Position numbers and translations under genes: made by a program. A stretch of 64,000 bases of DNA from a virus (lineage: Duplodnaviria > Caudoviricetes), in IMG/VR virus record IMGVR_UViG_2772190736_000001, positions 1 to 64,000 of that record. One strand, written 5' to 3'. The stretch's first letter is position 1. Every line of letters starts with the position of its first letter. Below the pieces are notes generated by a model, which saw only the letters and a program-made list of their open reading frames with translations, did no database searches and was not told the origin of the DNA. Below, one piece after another: positions 28,653 through 39,453 of the stretch.

Positions 28653-28690
28653 TCACGGGGTCCAGTCCATGTGCGTGGGGGAAGGTGAGG

Positions 28691-29050
28691 TCAGGCGCTC
28701 GGGAGCGGCTGCTTCGCCGGCACCTTGGCGGTGACCTGGCTGCGGTCCCACATGCCGACGGCGACGGTCACGAAGGCCATGACGACGGCCTGGCGTTCGG
28801 TGGACCAGTCGAGGCCGAAGCCGATGGACAGCGCGAGCGCGGCCTGCGCGAAGCCGACGATCGCGGCGCCGAGCCCGTCGTGGACGGCGAGCGCGATGAG
28901 GACGCCCATGACCGCCGCGGCGACGGCGTTGACGGAGGCCTGTACTTCCGGGGACGCGTTCCAGCCGAATGCGACGACGAGCTTGACGAGGACGGCGATG
29001 AGGGCCAGCCACGCGGCGGGTTCACGGCCGAGGAACAGGGGGGTCTTCAC
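28691..29050 (-). CDS. Putative holin
   Basis: GREPA start, four hydrophobic segments, directly after endolysin. Confidence 0.75.
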   Translation of the reverse strand: MKTPLFLGREPAAWLALIAVLVKLVVAFGWNASPEVQASVNAVAAAVMGVLIALAVHDGLGAAIVGFAQAALALSIGFGLDWSTERQAVVMAFVTVAVGMWDRSQVTAKVPAKQPLPSA

Positions 29051-29074
29051 GAGGTTCTCCTGGTGGTGGTCGGG

Positions 29075-30160
29075 TCAGAGCTGCTTGGGGACGCGGAGGC
29101 GGTCCCACGAGGTCTTGCCGGGGATGCCGTTGGCGTCCGTGCCGGAGTAGCCGAGCTTGCGCTGCCACTTGGCGTACGACTGCCGGTCTGAGCTGGTGAA
29201 ATGCGGGCCGGGCCCCTGGGCGTAGGCGGAGCAACCTTCGGCGACCAGGCGGCGTCCCATCGCGGTGATGATCGGGGAGCGGCGGCCGGGGCTGAAGAAC
29301 GCGGCGCCCGGAAACGGCTCGTTCGCCGGGGCAGCCGGAGCCTTGCCGGGGAGGGTGCCGAGGAGCTTCTTCAGGCTGGCCTCCCCCGGGATGCCGTCGG
29401 CGGCCTTCCCGGTGAGGCCCAGGGACTTCTGGTAGTCGGCGTAGTTCCGGGTGTCGGCGTCGGACCAGGTAGGGCTGGGGCCGTGTGCGTAGTGCTTGCC
29501 GAAGCCCTTGGCGACGAGGGCCTTGCCGACGCGGGTGACGTGGTCACCGACGGCGCCGTACCCGTATGGCAGGCCGTTGATGGTGACCTTGTAGCGGGCC
29601 GGGGTGGGGGTGCTGGTGGACGGCTTGCTGCCGCCGGTGCTTCCGCCAGGTGCGGGCTTCTTACCGACGATGGCGGCCGCGCGGCGGACGATCTCGTCGA
29701 GCTGGGCAACGATCTTCGGCCCGGGGCAGTCGGGGTGGTTGCCCCACGCCTTGCCGCCCATGCCGTGCCATCCGAGTCCCCGGTCGTCCGGCCCGGCGGC
29801 CCGCCGGAGAGGGACGTTGTCGTATGTCTGGTGGACCCAGGCGAAGATTTCGGCGTTGCGGTCGAGCTGCTGCTCGGTAAGGGCCTGGCCTCCGCGGCCC
29901 TCGTTCTCCGACGACAGCCAGGTTCGGTTGCCGTTGCCTTGCGCCCATGCGCGGTCGGCGGTGTCGACCCACTGGTAGAGCTCGCCGGCGCGGCCGGTGC
30001 CCCAGTGGGAGGAGGCTTCGGAGGCGGGGTTACGGAACCAGGAGTCGGTGCCCATGAGGGTGCCGGCCATGATGTGCACGACGAGGCCGCGGACTTCTTC
30101 CTGGCCGCCCTTGCGGAAGTTCGGGACGGGGCGCCACGTGGCACCAGGCATGCGTGCCAT
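29075..30160 (-). CDS. Endolysin: N-acetylmuramoyl-L-alanine amidase with two peptidoglycan-binding repeats
   Basis: VVH, ASSH, QWVDT...AWA, SENE, H..CPG; two YQ..LG..G..ADGIPG repeats. Confidence 0.9.
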   Translation of the reverse strand: MARMPGATWRPVPNFRKGGQEEVRGLVVHIMAGTLMGTDSWFRNPASEASSHWGTGRAGELYQWVDTADRAWAQGNGNRTWLSSENEGRGGQALTEQQLDRNAEIFAWVHQTYDNVPLRRAAGPDDRGLGWHGMGGKAWGNHPDCPGPKIVAQLDEIVRRAAAIVGKKPAPGGSTGGSKPSTSTPTPARYKVTINGLPYGYGAVGDHVTRVGKALVAKGFGKHYAHGPSPTWSDADTRNYADYQKSLGLTGKAADGIPGEASLKKLLGTLPGKAPAAPANEPFPGAAFFSPGRRSPIITAMGRRLVAEGCSAYAQGPGPHFTSSDRQSYAKWQRKLGYSGTDANGIPGKTSWDRLRVPKQL

Positions 30161-30288
30161 CAGGCGTCACCTCGCTCAGCGAGGTCGTCGGCGGTGGCCA
30201 TGTGGCTGACCTGGTTCTCGGGGGGCGTATCCCCGTCGTGAACGGGAAGGTCGGCCGAGTCGTTCTCGGTGTTCGCGGTGGCGGGCAT
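30160..30288 (-). CDS. 42-aa acidic ORF coupled to endolysin start
   Basis: AAGGAG RBS; TGATG overlap with endolysin. Confidence 0.45.
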   Translation of the reverse strand: MPATANTENDSADLPVHDGDTPPENQVSHMATADDLAERGDA

Positions 30289-30435
30289 GCCAGGCTCCTT
30301 GTCCCCATGCCGGTGGTCTGGATCGGCGCGCACCTGCGGGGGTGCGGTCCCTCGGGGGTTGGAGCGTGGGCGGAGGGTCGCCCTGTGATCAGCGTAGAGG
30401 CGGGGTGGCGGATCGTTCCCCCTGCTCCCCTGGCA

Positions 30436-31995
30436 TTACACGGCTCGGGCCAAGGGGTAGTCGGTGGCGAGACCGATGTCCTCGACCAGAAGCCACGCCG
30501 GGTTGGAGGCGTTGGCGACCAGCTGGACGTTGCCGGTGCCGGAGGTGCGCAGCAGGCTGCCGATCAGCGGGGCGACGATGCTCGACCCGGTGGAGTTGAT
30601 GACGATCTGGTCCATGTCCATGAGGACGTGCTGGCTGGCGACGGGGATCTGGTAGGAGTTGATGGAGTCGACGAGGGACACGCCAGCTCCGCCGATGCTG
30701 CCGCGCCAGACGCGGCAGCGGACGATGTCGTTGGCTACGGAAGACAGCAGTAGGCCGTGGAAGCTGATCCGGTAGGCGCGTCCGGCTTCGAAGGTGATGT
30801 TGGGGGTGGTGATGGCCGCGATCTCAGTGGTCGTGGTCGTCGCAGTGCTGGTCTGGCTCGCCTGGCACTTCTTGAGGCCCTTCCCCTGGTCGACGCTGCC
30901 GATCCGAAACAGCGTGGTGACGTCCAGGCTGGCGGCGGTGACCGGGCCATTGAGCTTGATGTCCGGGTCTCCGCCGTCGCGGGAGTCGATCCGGAATTCT
31001 GAGTTTCCGAGAGTTGAGGTGCCGAGCGTAAGGCGAGGCACGTTCACGCCGAGGGTGTAGGCCCCGGGGATGATCGTCATGCTGATCTCGTCGTCTTCGG
31101 CAGCGATGCCACTCAACGAGATCACGGGGCGGATGGCCAACGGCGTGTCCTCGTTGGTCCACTCGATCTGGCCGTTCCCGAAGAACGAGTAGATGTGGGG
31201 GACGGACTCGTACCGGGCTATGAAGCCGGGGTCGTTGAAGAAGCCGCCGGCCAGGGTGACCTCTGCCAGGAGTTTTGCACCCGTCGTGTCCCAGATCTTG
31301 TATCCGTCTTCAGAGATGGTGGAGACCACGGCGCCGGCCGTGTTGCGGATGGTGATCACGCCATCGGGGGTCAGCTCGATGCGCTGTCCTGTGGCGGCGG
31401 TACGCAAGGTGGCACCCGTGATGACCTTGCCGTCGATGGCGTCGGCAGCAAGCTTGGTGCCGGTGATGATCCCGTCGGCGACATCGTCGGCGACGATCAG
31501 GGCGGGGGCGATCGGCCCGTTCTCGGCGGAGGGGGCTGAGGCGGTGCCGGAGGTGGTGCGGGTGAGGAGCCGTACGTACACCGGGGTGGCGGTCGGGATG
31601 ACGACGATGGCGCCCTGCGCGGTTTCGATCGTGCCTACGAGGGTGGCCTCGGTCGGGGTGAAACCGGAGGTTGCGGCGGCGTGGACTTCGACGCGGGCGA
31701 AGTCGAGGGGGACGCCGACGGTGGTGATGAGCTGGCCGTCCCACTGGGCCATGACGCCTCCGATGACGGACGCGACGAGGGGCGCGGTGGGGGCGTCGGG
31801 GGTGGGGCCGTTGATGACGTTGACGGCGGTGGTGCCGTCGCCCTGCTGGCCGACGAGCGCGCGCAGGGATCCTGCGTTGTCGCGGACTTCGAGGGCGGTG
31901 TCGTCGATGGCGGCGGCTCCGAGGCGGGAGGACCGCTCGATGGACGCGATCTTGTTCTCGAGTCGGGTGAGGCGGGTGCCGAGGTCGGCGGTCAT
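30436..31995 (-). CDS. Minor tail / receptor-binding protein
   Basis: VGQQGDGT..V, FN3-like segment, ITG.KLAADAIDGK.ITGA, variable C-terminus. Confidence 0.8.
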   Translation of the reverse strand: MTADLGTRLTRLENKIASIERSSRLGAAAIDDTALEVRDNAGSLRALVGQQGDGTTAVNVINGPTPDAPTAPLVASVIGGVMAQWDGQLITTVGVPLDFARVEVHAAATSGFTPTEATLVGTIETAQGAIVVIPTATPVYVRLLTRTTSGTASAPSAENGPIAPALIVADDVADGIITGTKLAADAIDGKVITGATLRTAATGQRIELTPDGVITIRNTAGAVVSTISEDGYKIWDTTGAKLLAEVTLAGGFFNDPGFIARYESVPHIYSFFGNGQIEWTNEDTPLAIRPVISLSGIAAEDDEISMTIIPGAYTLGVNVPRLTLGTSTLGNSEFRIDSRDGGDPDIKLNGPVTAASLDVTTLFRIGSVDQGKGLKKCQASQTSTATTTTTEIAAITTPNITFEAGRAYRISFHGLLLSSVANDIVRCRVWRGSIGGAGVSLVDSINSYQIPVASQHVLMDMDQIVINSTGSSIVAPLIGSLLRTSGTGNVQLVANASNPAWLLVEDIGLATDYPLARAV

Positions 31996-33089
31996 GCGGT
32001 TCCTCCGTACTGGAATGTGTCGGCTGGTGCGAGGTGGACGGTGGCCTGGGGGCCGCCGGGGGCGTCTGGGCGAGTGGCCCAGCCGGTGATGCGGCACCAG
32101 CCGGTGTAGGACGTCCAGGCGTTGTGGATGCGGGTGTAGATGTCGTCGCCGATCTGCCAGGAGCCGAAGGGGGCGGCTGGGTGGTCGCGGATGACGATCT
32201 GGTCGACGGTGCCGAGCTTCTGTCGGCGGACGCGCTCGCGGGCCGCGCGGGAAGCGAGGACGTCGTTGGCCTTGATGTCGGGCAGGTCCAGGACGTGCTC
32301 CAGGCGGAGCCGGCCGTTTCGTACGGCGGAGGTCTGGCGGCGCTTGGCGGAGCCGTCGCCTTGGCCGGAGGCGATGACGACCTGGGCGTAGTCGTCGCCG
32401 GAGAGGACGATCTCGGGGTCCTCGAGGATGTTCACGCCGGAGGCGAAGGAGATGTCGGTGCGGCGGGCGCCGAGGCGTGGCCAGCCGATCCTGATCCGCT
32501 TGATGACGGCGGTGCGGGATGTGTTCCAGCTGGTTGCGCAGGTGTAGTCGGGGGTGGCGTCTCCGTCGGCGAGTTCGTCGAAGCGTTCCCCGAGGTTGGG
32601 GGTCTCCCAGGCGTTGAACTTGTACGGGTCGGCGGGCGTGCCGATGGTGGCGCCGGAGGTGGTGGTGTCGACGATGACGCCGAGGGAGCCGTCGGCGACG
32701 GACTGCGCGTAGGACCAGATGTCCCGCATCACGTTCGTGCGGTCGGCGTAGGTGTAGGGGCCGCGGCCGTTGAGCTCGCCGTGGAGGTCGTGGCGGCAGT
32801 GCAGGTAGGAGGACCAGGAGGCGGCCTCCAGGGTGAGTGTGTTGCCGCGGGGGCGGGCGTCCCAGACGAGGCCGCCCCATCGGATCTCGTCGTTCTCCTC
32901 CACGTACAGCAGGGTGGTGCCGGGGTCGACGAGGCGGGTGGCCTGGGCGGCCAGCTTGGGTGCGAGAGTGCCGGTGAGGCTGCCGGGACCGTTGAGGTCG
33001 GGCCCGTATTCGAGGCCTTCGAGGGGGAGGTCGTGGGTGAGCCACTCCCCCGTGACGGCGTGCTGGGTGAGGATCCGCCGGTTGGTCAT
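31992..33089 (-). CDS. Minor tail protein (baseplate hub-like)
   Basis: DLP...LNGPG.L, IRWGG, IGD motifs; synteny. Confidence 0.8.
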   Translation of the reverse strand: MTNRRILTQHAVTGEWLTHDLPLEGLEYGPDLNGPGSLTGTLAPKLAAQATRLVDPGTTLLYVEENDEIRWGGLVWDARPRGNTLTLEAASWSSYLHCRHDLHGELNGRGPYTYADRTNVMRDIWSYAQSVADGSLGVIVDTTTSGATIGTPADPYKFNAWETPNLGERFDELADGDATPDYTCATSWNTSRTAVIKRIRIGWPRLGARRTDISFASGVNILEDPEIVLSGDDYAQVVIASGQGDGSAKRRQTSAVRNGRLRLEHVLDLPDIKANDVLASRAARERVRRQKLGTVDQIVIRDHPAAPFGSWQIGDDIYTRIHNAWTSYTGWCRITGWATRPDAPGGPQATVHLAPADTFQYGGTA

Positions 33090-34021
33090 CGCGGGGCCTC
33101 TTCGAACTCGACATCGGCGATCAGCGTCGATGCCGTGTCGACGCTCATGTTTCCGGCGTTGCCGGGGAAGCAGCGGGCGCGGGCGCGCAGGAGCTGGGTG
33201 GTGCCGCGGTAGAGCGGGGGGATGGCGAGGGTGTCGCCCATGAGGTGGGCGTAGCGGCGCGTGGCTGTCTGGTTGTCGTCGACGCCGACGGCTTCGACGA
33301 TGAGGAAGGCTCCGTAGGTGGCGGAGATGTCGCCAAAGACGGCGCCAGAGGCGAGGCGGAGGCCGCCGATGTCGAGGCGGATGCGTGCGGTGGAAGCCCA
33401 GGAGGGGACGGGGATGTTCCAGCCGGCGGCGGTGGAGAAGTAGGAGTAGGTGCTGGCGGTGCCGCCGATGGCGGTGGAGGACGCGGAGGGGGTCTGGGTC
33501 CACTGGCGGCGTTCGCGGCGGGGGTTCGCGATCTTCCGTACGTCTACGACCATGGCGTCGGTGATGGTGGCGGTGGACGCGGGGATGTCGATGCGGGCGA
33601 GCGGGATGCCGGTGCGGCCGTCGGGGATCGCCGTGGTGCTGGAGGAGACGTTGGAGATGACTTGGAAGTAGGTGACGGGGTCGACGGCCGGGTTGAGGGT
33701 GCCCTCGTACTGAGGGTCTTCGACGCGGAGGATGACCAGGTCGGAGCGTGGTGTTCCTGCGGTGGGGGCGATCTCGATGGTGGCGGCGCCGACGTTGCAG
33801 GCGGCGTAGGAGCCCTGGAAGGTGTTGGCGCGGCCGCGGATGATGCCGGAGCCGTCGGCGATCTGGACGCCGCCTCCGGGGGTGGGCATCTGGGTCACCT
33901 TGAGGTCGTCGCCTTGGGTGATGCCTTCGGAGCCGAGGGACAGGTCGCGCACGAGCATGCGGAAGACCTCGGCGGGGTGGGTGGCGCCGTTGACGAGGAT
34001 CGGCGCGGGGTACAGGGTCAC
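33086..34021 (-). CDS. Minor tail protein
   Basis: RSDLVILRVEDP, IPLARIDIPA.T.TIT..M..D.R. Confidence 0.8.
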   Translation of the reverse strand: MTLYPAPILVNGATHPAEVFRMLVRDLSLGSEGITQGDDLKVTQMPTPGGGVQIADGSGIIRGRANTFQGSYAACNVGAATIEIAPTAGTPRSDLVILRVEDPQYEGTLNPAVDPVTYFQVISNVSSSTTAIPDGRTGIPLARIDIPASTATITDAMVVDVRKIANPRRERRQWTQTPSASSTAIGGTASTYSYFSTAAGWNIPVPSWASTARIRLDIGGLRLASGAVFGDISATYGAFLIVEAVGVDDNQTATRRYAHLMGDTLAIPPLYRGTTQLLRARARCFPGNAGNMSVDTASTLIADVEFEEAPR

Positions 34022-34033
34022 GGTCGCGTCTCC

Positions 34034-34936
34034 TCAGAGGGCGGTGTAGGCGTCGCGCCAGGTCAGGCGCAGTCGGGCGGTGTTGGTGTTGTCGACGGCT
34101 GTCCAGCGCATCTCGGACTGCCCGGGTGGCAGGGAGAACTGGTCGATGCGTGAGGCGGGGCTCAGGTAGGAGAGGGCGTTGCCGCCGGTCTCGCGGGTGA
34201 CGGTGCGAAACCCGGGCCGGGTGTCGATGTCGATCCACTGGCCGGCTGTGAGGGCGAGGGTGGGCAGTTGCAGGGTGCGGCCGGTGGGGACGTGGGTGAT
34301 CGTGACCTGGGCGCAGGGTCCGGTGATGCGGATGATCGGCCAGGTGTCGGTCGTGCCGGCGTTGGTGACCCAGCCGGGGCGGTCGGCGGCGACGGTGCCG
34401 TCCTGGACGTAGACCGGGGCGACGACGGGGGCGGCGAATCCGCCGCCGGTGAGCCAGCCGAGGGGGATCTCGGCGACGGTTGTGGTGTCGGCGTACCAGA
34501 GGGGGTCGGTGGCGAGGTACTCGATGTCGAGGGGGATGTAGCCGTGGATGGAGCGCTGCATGTCGGCGTCGAGGCGGCGCACACGGCCGTGGAGGCGCTT
34601 GACGGGGCGGCCGGGCCATGCCAGGCGCAGGTCCTGGGTGGTGCCGGCGGTGAGGCGGATGGCGGCGGTGTGCAGGGGCTGCTGGAGGTCGGCGAGGAGG
34701 TTGAGTGCGGCCGCGCGGTCGCCGGGGATGCGGATCGCCGCGTCGATCTGTACGGGGCGGGCGGCGTAGTAGTCGGGGCCGGGCCAGGCGCCGTCGAGGG
34801 ACGGCTGATCGACGTCGTTGTCGCGTACGGGGGGCCGGCCGAGGCCGGTGATGTCGCGGATCTGCACGGCGGTGTCGGCGCCGATGACGATGCCGGCGAG
34901 GTCCAGTTGTCCGGTGGTCAGGATCGGGTCGGTCAT
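34034..34936 (-). CDS. Distal tail protein (Dit-like)
   Basis: Directly after tape measure; DG..PG.DY, ATDP.WY, N.G....WP.I.ITGP. Confidence 0.8.
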   Translation of the reverse strand: MTDPILTTGQLDLAGIVIGADTAVQIRDITGLGRPPVRDNDVDQPSLDGAWPGPDYYAARPVQIDAAIRIPGDRAAALNLLADLQQPLHTAAIRLTAGTTQDLRLAWPGRPVKRLHGRVRRLDADMQRSIHGYIPLDIEYLATDPLWYADTTTVAEIPLGWLTGGGFAAPVVAPVYVQDGTVAADRPGWVTNAGTTDTWPIIRITGPCAQVTITHVPTGRTLQLPTLALTAGQWIDIDTRPGFRTVTRETGGNALSYLSPASRIDQFSLPPGQSEMRWTAVDNTNTARLRLTWRDAYTAL

Positions 34937-37900
34937 CGGGTCGCCACTCCCCCTCTGCGTGCGCGGCGCTGCTGACGGTCGATCTCGGCGGCGATCTGGT
35001 GGGCGGTGGCGCCCGTACGGAGGGTGGAGACGTTGATGTTGGTGTCGCCGGTGCTGCCGGGCAGGACGACGATCTGCTGAGAGGAGCGGGCGTCGGTCAG
35101 GCCGACGCCCATGCGGCGGGCAGCTTCGCGCAGGACGGGCAGGGCGCGGGAGCGTTTGTGTGAGCCGAGGGGGATGTAGGCCTCGCCGCCGGTGGAGGGT
35201 TCAGCGAAGGTGACGGCGCCGGCGCGGGTGGAGTAGATGCCTTCGCGGATGCCGCCGTTGGCGTAGGCGAGGCCCCGGTTGGCTCGGGCGAGGTCGGCCA
35301 GGAACTTCGTCGAGCGGCTTCCGAGGGACTTCTTGATCTGTGCGGAGGCCTTGTTGGCGATGGTGATGATCTCGTCCTCGCCGAGACCGGTGGTGGCGGC
35401 GACGTCGTGGATGCCGATCCTGGACGTCTTTACGGCAGCGATGATCTGCACGAGGGAGGCGAGCTCGTCCTGGCTGAGCTGCTTGTTGGCGGTCTTCGCG
35501 GAGTCGTTGGCGGCCGAGGCCTTCTTCTTGTCCTTCACCGCCTCGACGGCAAGCTTCTGCGCGGCTTCGTCGCCCTGCGCCGCGAGCATCGTGGCGAGGT
35601 CGCCGAAGCCCTGGGCGCTCAGGGTGGCGAGGTTCTGCTGGAAGGCGGCCGTGGTCTGATTGGAGCCGTTCAGCTGCTTGGTGAGGTCGGCGAGGGTGGC
35701 CTTGGCGAGCGGGCCGAGTTTGCGCAGGTTGGAGACGATCTCCCGGAACTGCTTGTTCGACGACTTGGCGAGCGCTGCGACCATCGCGGCGCCTTCTTCG
35801 CCGAGGTCGCGGAGCATGCCGATGATGTCGCCGCCGCCCCGGGCCGCGATCTTCTGCAGGTTCGACTCCCAGGCGCCGTTCGCGGAGATGGCGTCCTTGA
35901 GGGTCTTGGCCCAGTCGGTGAGGCTGAACTTCTGCCGGTAGCGGGTCTCGGCCTTGCTCGCGTTCTCGGTGGCGGTGGTGAGGGCGCGGCGGGCGGAGGC
36001 GACCTGCCGTTCGGCGGCCGCGAGCTGCGCGGCGGTGTGCTTCTTGCTGCGGACCTCGCGGAGTTTGGCCTCGGCGTCCCGCAGCCGGTCGACCGCGTCC
36101 GCGCGGGCCCGGATGGCCTTGTTGTAGTCCTCGCGGGTGATGGGCTGGTGTGTCTCGTCGTAGCGGGACTGCACGTCGCCGGCGCTGCGGCGCAGGGCGG
36201 TGGGGGTGTAGGAGAAGCCGCCGGACGCGAAGGCGTGGATGCCGCCGTTGGCGTTCCATACGATCGCGCGGGGGTCACCGCCCAGGCGCCGGATGGTCTC
36301 CTCGGCGATGGCGCGCGAGCGGGGCCGCTTGGACGGGGCGAGGGGGATGTACGACTCGCCGCCGGTCTCGGGTTCGGCCCAGATGCGGTAGGTCGCGTGA
36401 GGCCGTGCGATCTGCGCGGTGTGCTTCTCCCGCATGCCGCCGTCGGCGAAGGTCTCAGCGCCGGCCAGCACGTTGCCGTTCGCGTTGACGACGTTGCGGC
36501 TGGTCTGCTGGCGGTTGATGTGCTCGGTGATGCGTACGTCGCGAGTGGTGATGGTGATGGTGCGGTCCTGCAGCCGGTCGCGTGCTTCCTGCACGGCGCT
36601 GATCCCCGCGAGCGCGGTACCGGTCTGGGCGGTAACCCGGACCTGCCCGTTGGGGAGCTTCTCGGTCTTGTAGCCGAGCTGCTGGAGCAGGGAGATCGCT
36701 TCAGCGGTGATCGCCGAGACGACGACCGACTTGGTGCCCGGGGTCGCCTGGATCTTCTCGATGACCTGGTCGAGTCCCGCGAGGGCGTCCTCGCGGTCCA
36801 TCTCGACCTTGGTCTCGGTGACGTCAGGGATGGTGATGATCTGCGCGGCCAGGAGCGCGGCCTGCTCTTTGGTCAGGCCCATGGCCCGCGCGGTGGCGAT
36901 GAGGCTGGTCTGGCCGCGCCGGTAGATGTCATTGATCTGCGTCCACGGCGCGTCTGCTTCGCGGGCGGCGGCCGCGGCCTCGTCGGTCTTGGTGCCGAGT
37001 GTCTGCAGGGCGGCGGCGGCGTCGCGGGCCTTCTGGCTGTTCAGGTCGAGCTTGCCGCCGGTCATGGTGAGTGCGCCGGCGTTCTTCTTCGCGGCCTCGG
37101 CGGCGTCGTCGATGGCTTGCTCGAAGCCGATCATGCCGCCGAGCGCGGCCCGGTTCACGTCATTGAGGGCCTGGATGGCATTCCTGAGCCCGTCGGCCGA
37201 CTGCTTCTGGGCGTCCAGCTTGACCTTGGTGTCGAGGGCCTGCTGGCCGAAGACGCCCATGGACTGGGCGGCGAGTTGCTGCTCTGCCTTCAGGTTCTCG
37301 ACGGCCGCCTGGTACTGCGGCATCAGGCCCTGGACGTCCTTGAGGCTGTGGCCCTCCGCGCGGGCGGCTGCTGCGATCTTCTGGAAGTTCGCAGCGGCGA
37401 GCTCGGCGTGGCCGGACTGGACGAGCTGGGCCATGGCCTCGTCGAGGCCGTTGAAGTCCTCTTCGAGCGCGTTGAGGGACTTCTCGCCCTGGGAGAGCTG
37501 GTCGAAGAAGGGCTTCGACTGGCGACGCAGGTCGTCGAACCAGTCAATGCCGATGGATCCCTCGTCGATGAACTTGTCGAGCTTGTGGCGGGCATAGGCG
37601 ATCTGGCCCATTTTCTCGATGAGGCCGTCCATGTCGCCGAACGTCTTGCCCAGCTCGCCGGTGAACTGGGCGGCGACGCCGAGGTTCTTCAGCGACGTCG
37701 TGAGCTTGTCGACTTCCGGCGGCGCGCCCTTGGCTGCTTCGCCGATGGCGGTGACGCCGACCGCCACGAGCGCGAGGACCGCCAGGACGACGGAGGCCCT
37801 CTGCATGAGGGTGAGCTGCTGGGTGACGCCGGCGATGGCGGAGGCGACGCCGCCGAACCTGGCTGCGCGAACGAAGCGGCTGGTGTTGGCGGCGACCAAG

Positions 37901-39438
37901 GCCATGCCGGGCGCCATCGCTCCGAACGCCATTCCTGCGAGCTGGACGGCTTTGAGCGCGAAAGCGACCTGCAGGAGGGTGGAGAGGACGTCGGTGGGGA
38001 TCGCGTTGACGAGCTGGGCGAAGGCGTTGACGACGGTGAGCATGGTGACGCCGGCCTCGGAGCCGGCCGCGACCAGCTTGAGGAGCATACTGAACAGCTC
38101 GGACAGGGTGTCGGCGACGGCCGGGCCGTTCTGGCGGGCGTAGTCGAGGAACTCCCGGAGGTTCTGGCCGACCTTCCCGGTGCTCAGGCCGCGCGTGAGG
38201 CTGACGATGCCGGTGTTGGCCCGCGCGAGGGTCTCGACCGCGAACGTGGTGAAGCGGTCCATGAAGCTGTCGAAGGTCTGGGTGTTCATGCCGCCGGCCA
38301 GGATCGTCATGAACCGGCTGGCCTCGCGCGAGGCTCCCTTCGCCAGGGGCGCCGACCGCTGCATTAGGCCGCTGAAGACGCCCATGGTCTTGATGGCGAC
38401 GGGCATCGTGTCGCCGGCCAGGGCGTCGGAGAAGGCCTTGTAGTCGTCGGTGAACACCTCGTACGCGGCGGCGGCCTTCCGGGTCGCGGCCGGGGTGTCG
38501 CGCAGGATGCGGAGCCGCTCCTTCTCGGCCTGGGCGGCTTCCGGGGAGGAGCGGCCGTGCTCGCGGACGGCCTCGTCGTACTTGGTTTGCGCCTCGGCGG
38601 CGTCGGCGAGGGCCTTGATCTGGCCGCCGATCGCGATCCCGAACACTCCGACCGCGATACCGGCCGCCCCCAGACCGGCGGCGATCGGCCCAGCGGTCGC
38701 GGCGATCGGCAGCAGGGCGGTGGCGAGCATGCCGGCGACGACGAGGAGCTGCTGGCCGCTGCCGGTGGTCTGGTTCATCGCGTTGCTGGCGGTGCCGAGG
38801 CTGCCCCGTAGGCCGCCCATGCGGCCTCGGACGTTCCCGAGGGCACCGTTGAGGTCCCCCATGCTGCTCGTCAGCGTCGTGGTACGGGTGTTGAGGGACT
38901 CCAGGCGGCCATCGGCGATCCGCGCGGCGGTGTTGAGGGACCTGAGTCCCCCTGCGGCGAGCAGGGCCCGGTTGCGCAGCTCGTCGAACGCGGACGCGGT
39001 CGCGGAGGCGCGGCCGCGGAGGGTCCGCAGGACGCGTGCGGTGTCCTGGGCCGCTTCCTGGACCTGCCGCAGGGCCAGGGCGGCGCCGTTGCCGGTGCGG
39101 TCGTCGAGGCGGAGCTCGATGGTGACGTTGGTGTCGAGGCGGCGAAGGCGTTCCTCCGCGCGCCGGGCCTGCTCGGCGATCTGCCGCAGGTTGGTGGCGG
39201 CACGGGCGGACTGCCGCTCCAGCCGCTGGAGACGGCCGGCGGCCGTGCTCGCCGCGCCCCCCATGCCGCGCAGCGCGCTCTGGGAGGTGCGGGCCGCTGT
39301 CCCGAGTTGTCGGATCTCCGTGCGGGCATCGCGTACGGCGGAGCCGAGGTCGCGGGCGTGGCCGGCGTTGCGGCGCAGGGTCTGCGCGAGGTTCGTTCCC
39401 CGGCCGCGCAGGTCGACGGACAGATTCCACTGGGCCAC
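34933..39438 (-). CDS. Tail tape measure protein
   Basis: 1501 aa, Ala-rich helical; two AEP.TGGE.YIPL motifs; follows tail chaperones. Confidence 0.93.
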   Translation of the reverse strand: MAQWNLSVDLRGRGTNLAQTLRRNAGHARDLGSAVRDARTEIRQLGTAARTSQSALRGMGGAASTAAGRLQRLERQSARAATNLRQIAEQARRAEERLRRLDTNVTIELRLDDRTGNGAALALRQVQEAAQDTARVLRTLRGRASATASAFDELRNRALLAAGGLRSLNTAARIADGRLESLNTRTTTLTSSMGDLNGALGNVRGRMGGLRGSLGTASNAMNQTTGSGQQLLVVAGMLATALLPIAATAGPIAAGLGAAGIAVGVFGIAIGGQIKALADAAEAQTKYDEAVREHGRSSPEAAQAEKERLRILRDTPAATRKAAAAYEVFTDDYKAFSDALAGDTMPVAIKTMGVFSGLMQRSAPLAKGASREASRFMTILAGGMNTQTFDSFMDRFTTFAVETLARANTGIVSLTRGLSTGKVGQNLREFLDYARQNGPAVADTLSELFSMLLKLVAAGSEAGVTMLTVVNAFAQLVNAIPTDVLSTLLQVAFALKAVQLAGMAFGAMAPGMALVAANTSRFVRAARFGGVASAIAGVTQQLTLMQRASVVLAVLALVAVGVTAIGEAAKGAPPEVDKLTTSLKNLGVAAQFTGELGKTFGDMDGLIEKMGQIAYARHKLDKFIDEGSIGIDWFDDLRRQSKPFFDQLSQGEKSLNALEEDFNGLDEAMAQLVQSGHAELAAANFQKIAAAARAEGHSLKDVQGLMPQYQAAVENLKAEQQLAAQSMGVFGQQALDTKVKLDAQKQSADGLRNAIQALNDVNRAALGGMIGFEQAIDDAAEAAKKNAGALTMTGGKLDLNSQKARDAAAALQTLGTKTDEAAAAAREADAPWTQINDIYRRGQTSLIATARAMGLTKEQAALLAAQIITIPDVTETKVEMDREDALAGLDQVIEKIQATPGTKSVVVSAITAEAISLLQQLGYKTEKLPNGQVRVTAQTGTALAGISAVQEARDRLQDRTITITTRDVRITEHINRQQTSRNVVNANGNVLAGAETFADGGMREKHTAQIARPHATYRIWAEPETGGESYIPLAPSKRPRSRAIAEETIRRLGGDPRAIVWNANGGIHAFASGGFSYTPTALRRSAGDVQSRYDETHQPITREDYNKAIRARADAVDRLRDAEAKLREVRSKKHTAAQLAAAERQVASARRALTTATENASKAETRYRQKFSLTDWAKTLKDAISANGAWESNLQKIAARGGGDIIGMLRDLGEEGAAMVAALAKSSNKQFREIVSNLRKLGPLAKATLADLTKQLNGSNQTTAAFQQNLATLSAQGFGDLATMLAAQGDEAAQKLAVEAVKDKKKASAANDSAKTANKQLSQDELASLVQIIAAVKTSRIGIHDVAATTGLGEDEIITIANKASAQIKKSLGSRSTKFLADLARANRGLAYANGGIREGIYSTRAGAVTFAEPSTGGEAYIPLGSHKRSRALPVLREAARRMGVGLTDARSSQQIVVLPGSTGDTNINVSTLRTGATAHQIAAEIDRQQRRARRGGVATR

Positions 39439-39453
39439 GCTCCGCTCCCTTCT

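Noticed and set aside
35407-38367. Very long + strand ORFs opposite structural genes (986 aa here; also 19165-21036, 45685-47265, 52981-55098)
   Set aside because: In-register antisense shadows typical of high-GC DNA, with no recognisable motifs, unlike 43824-44630 which has a clear domain architecture.
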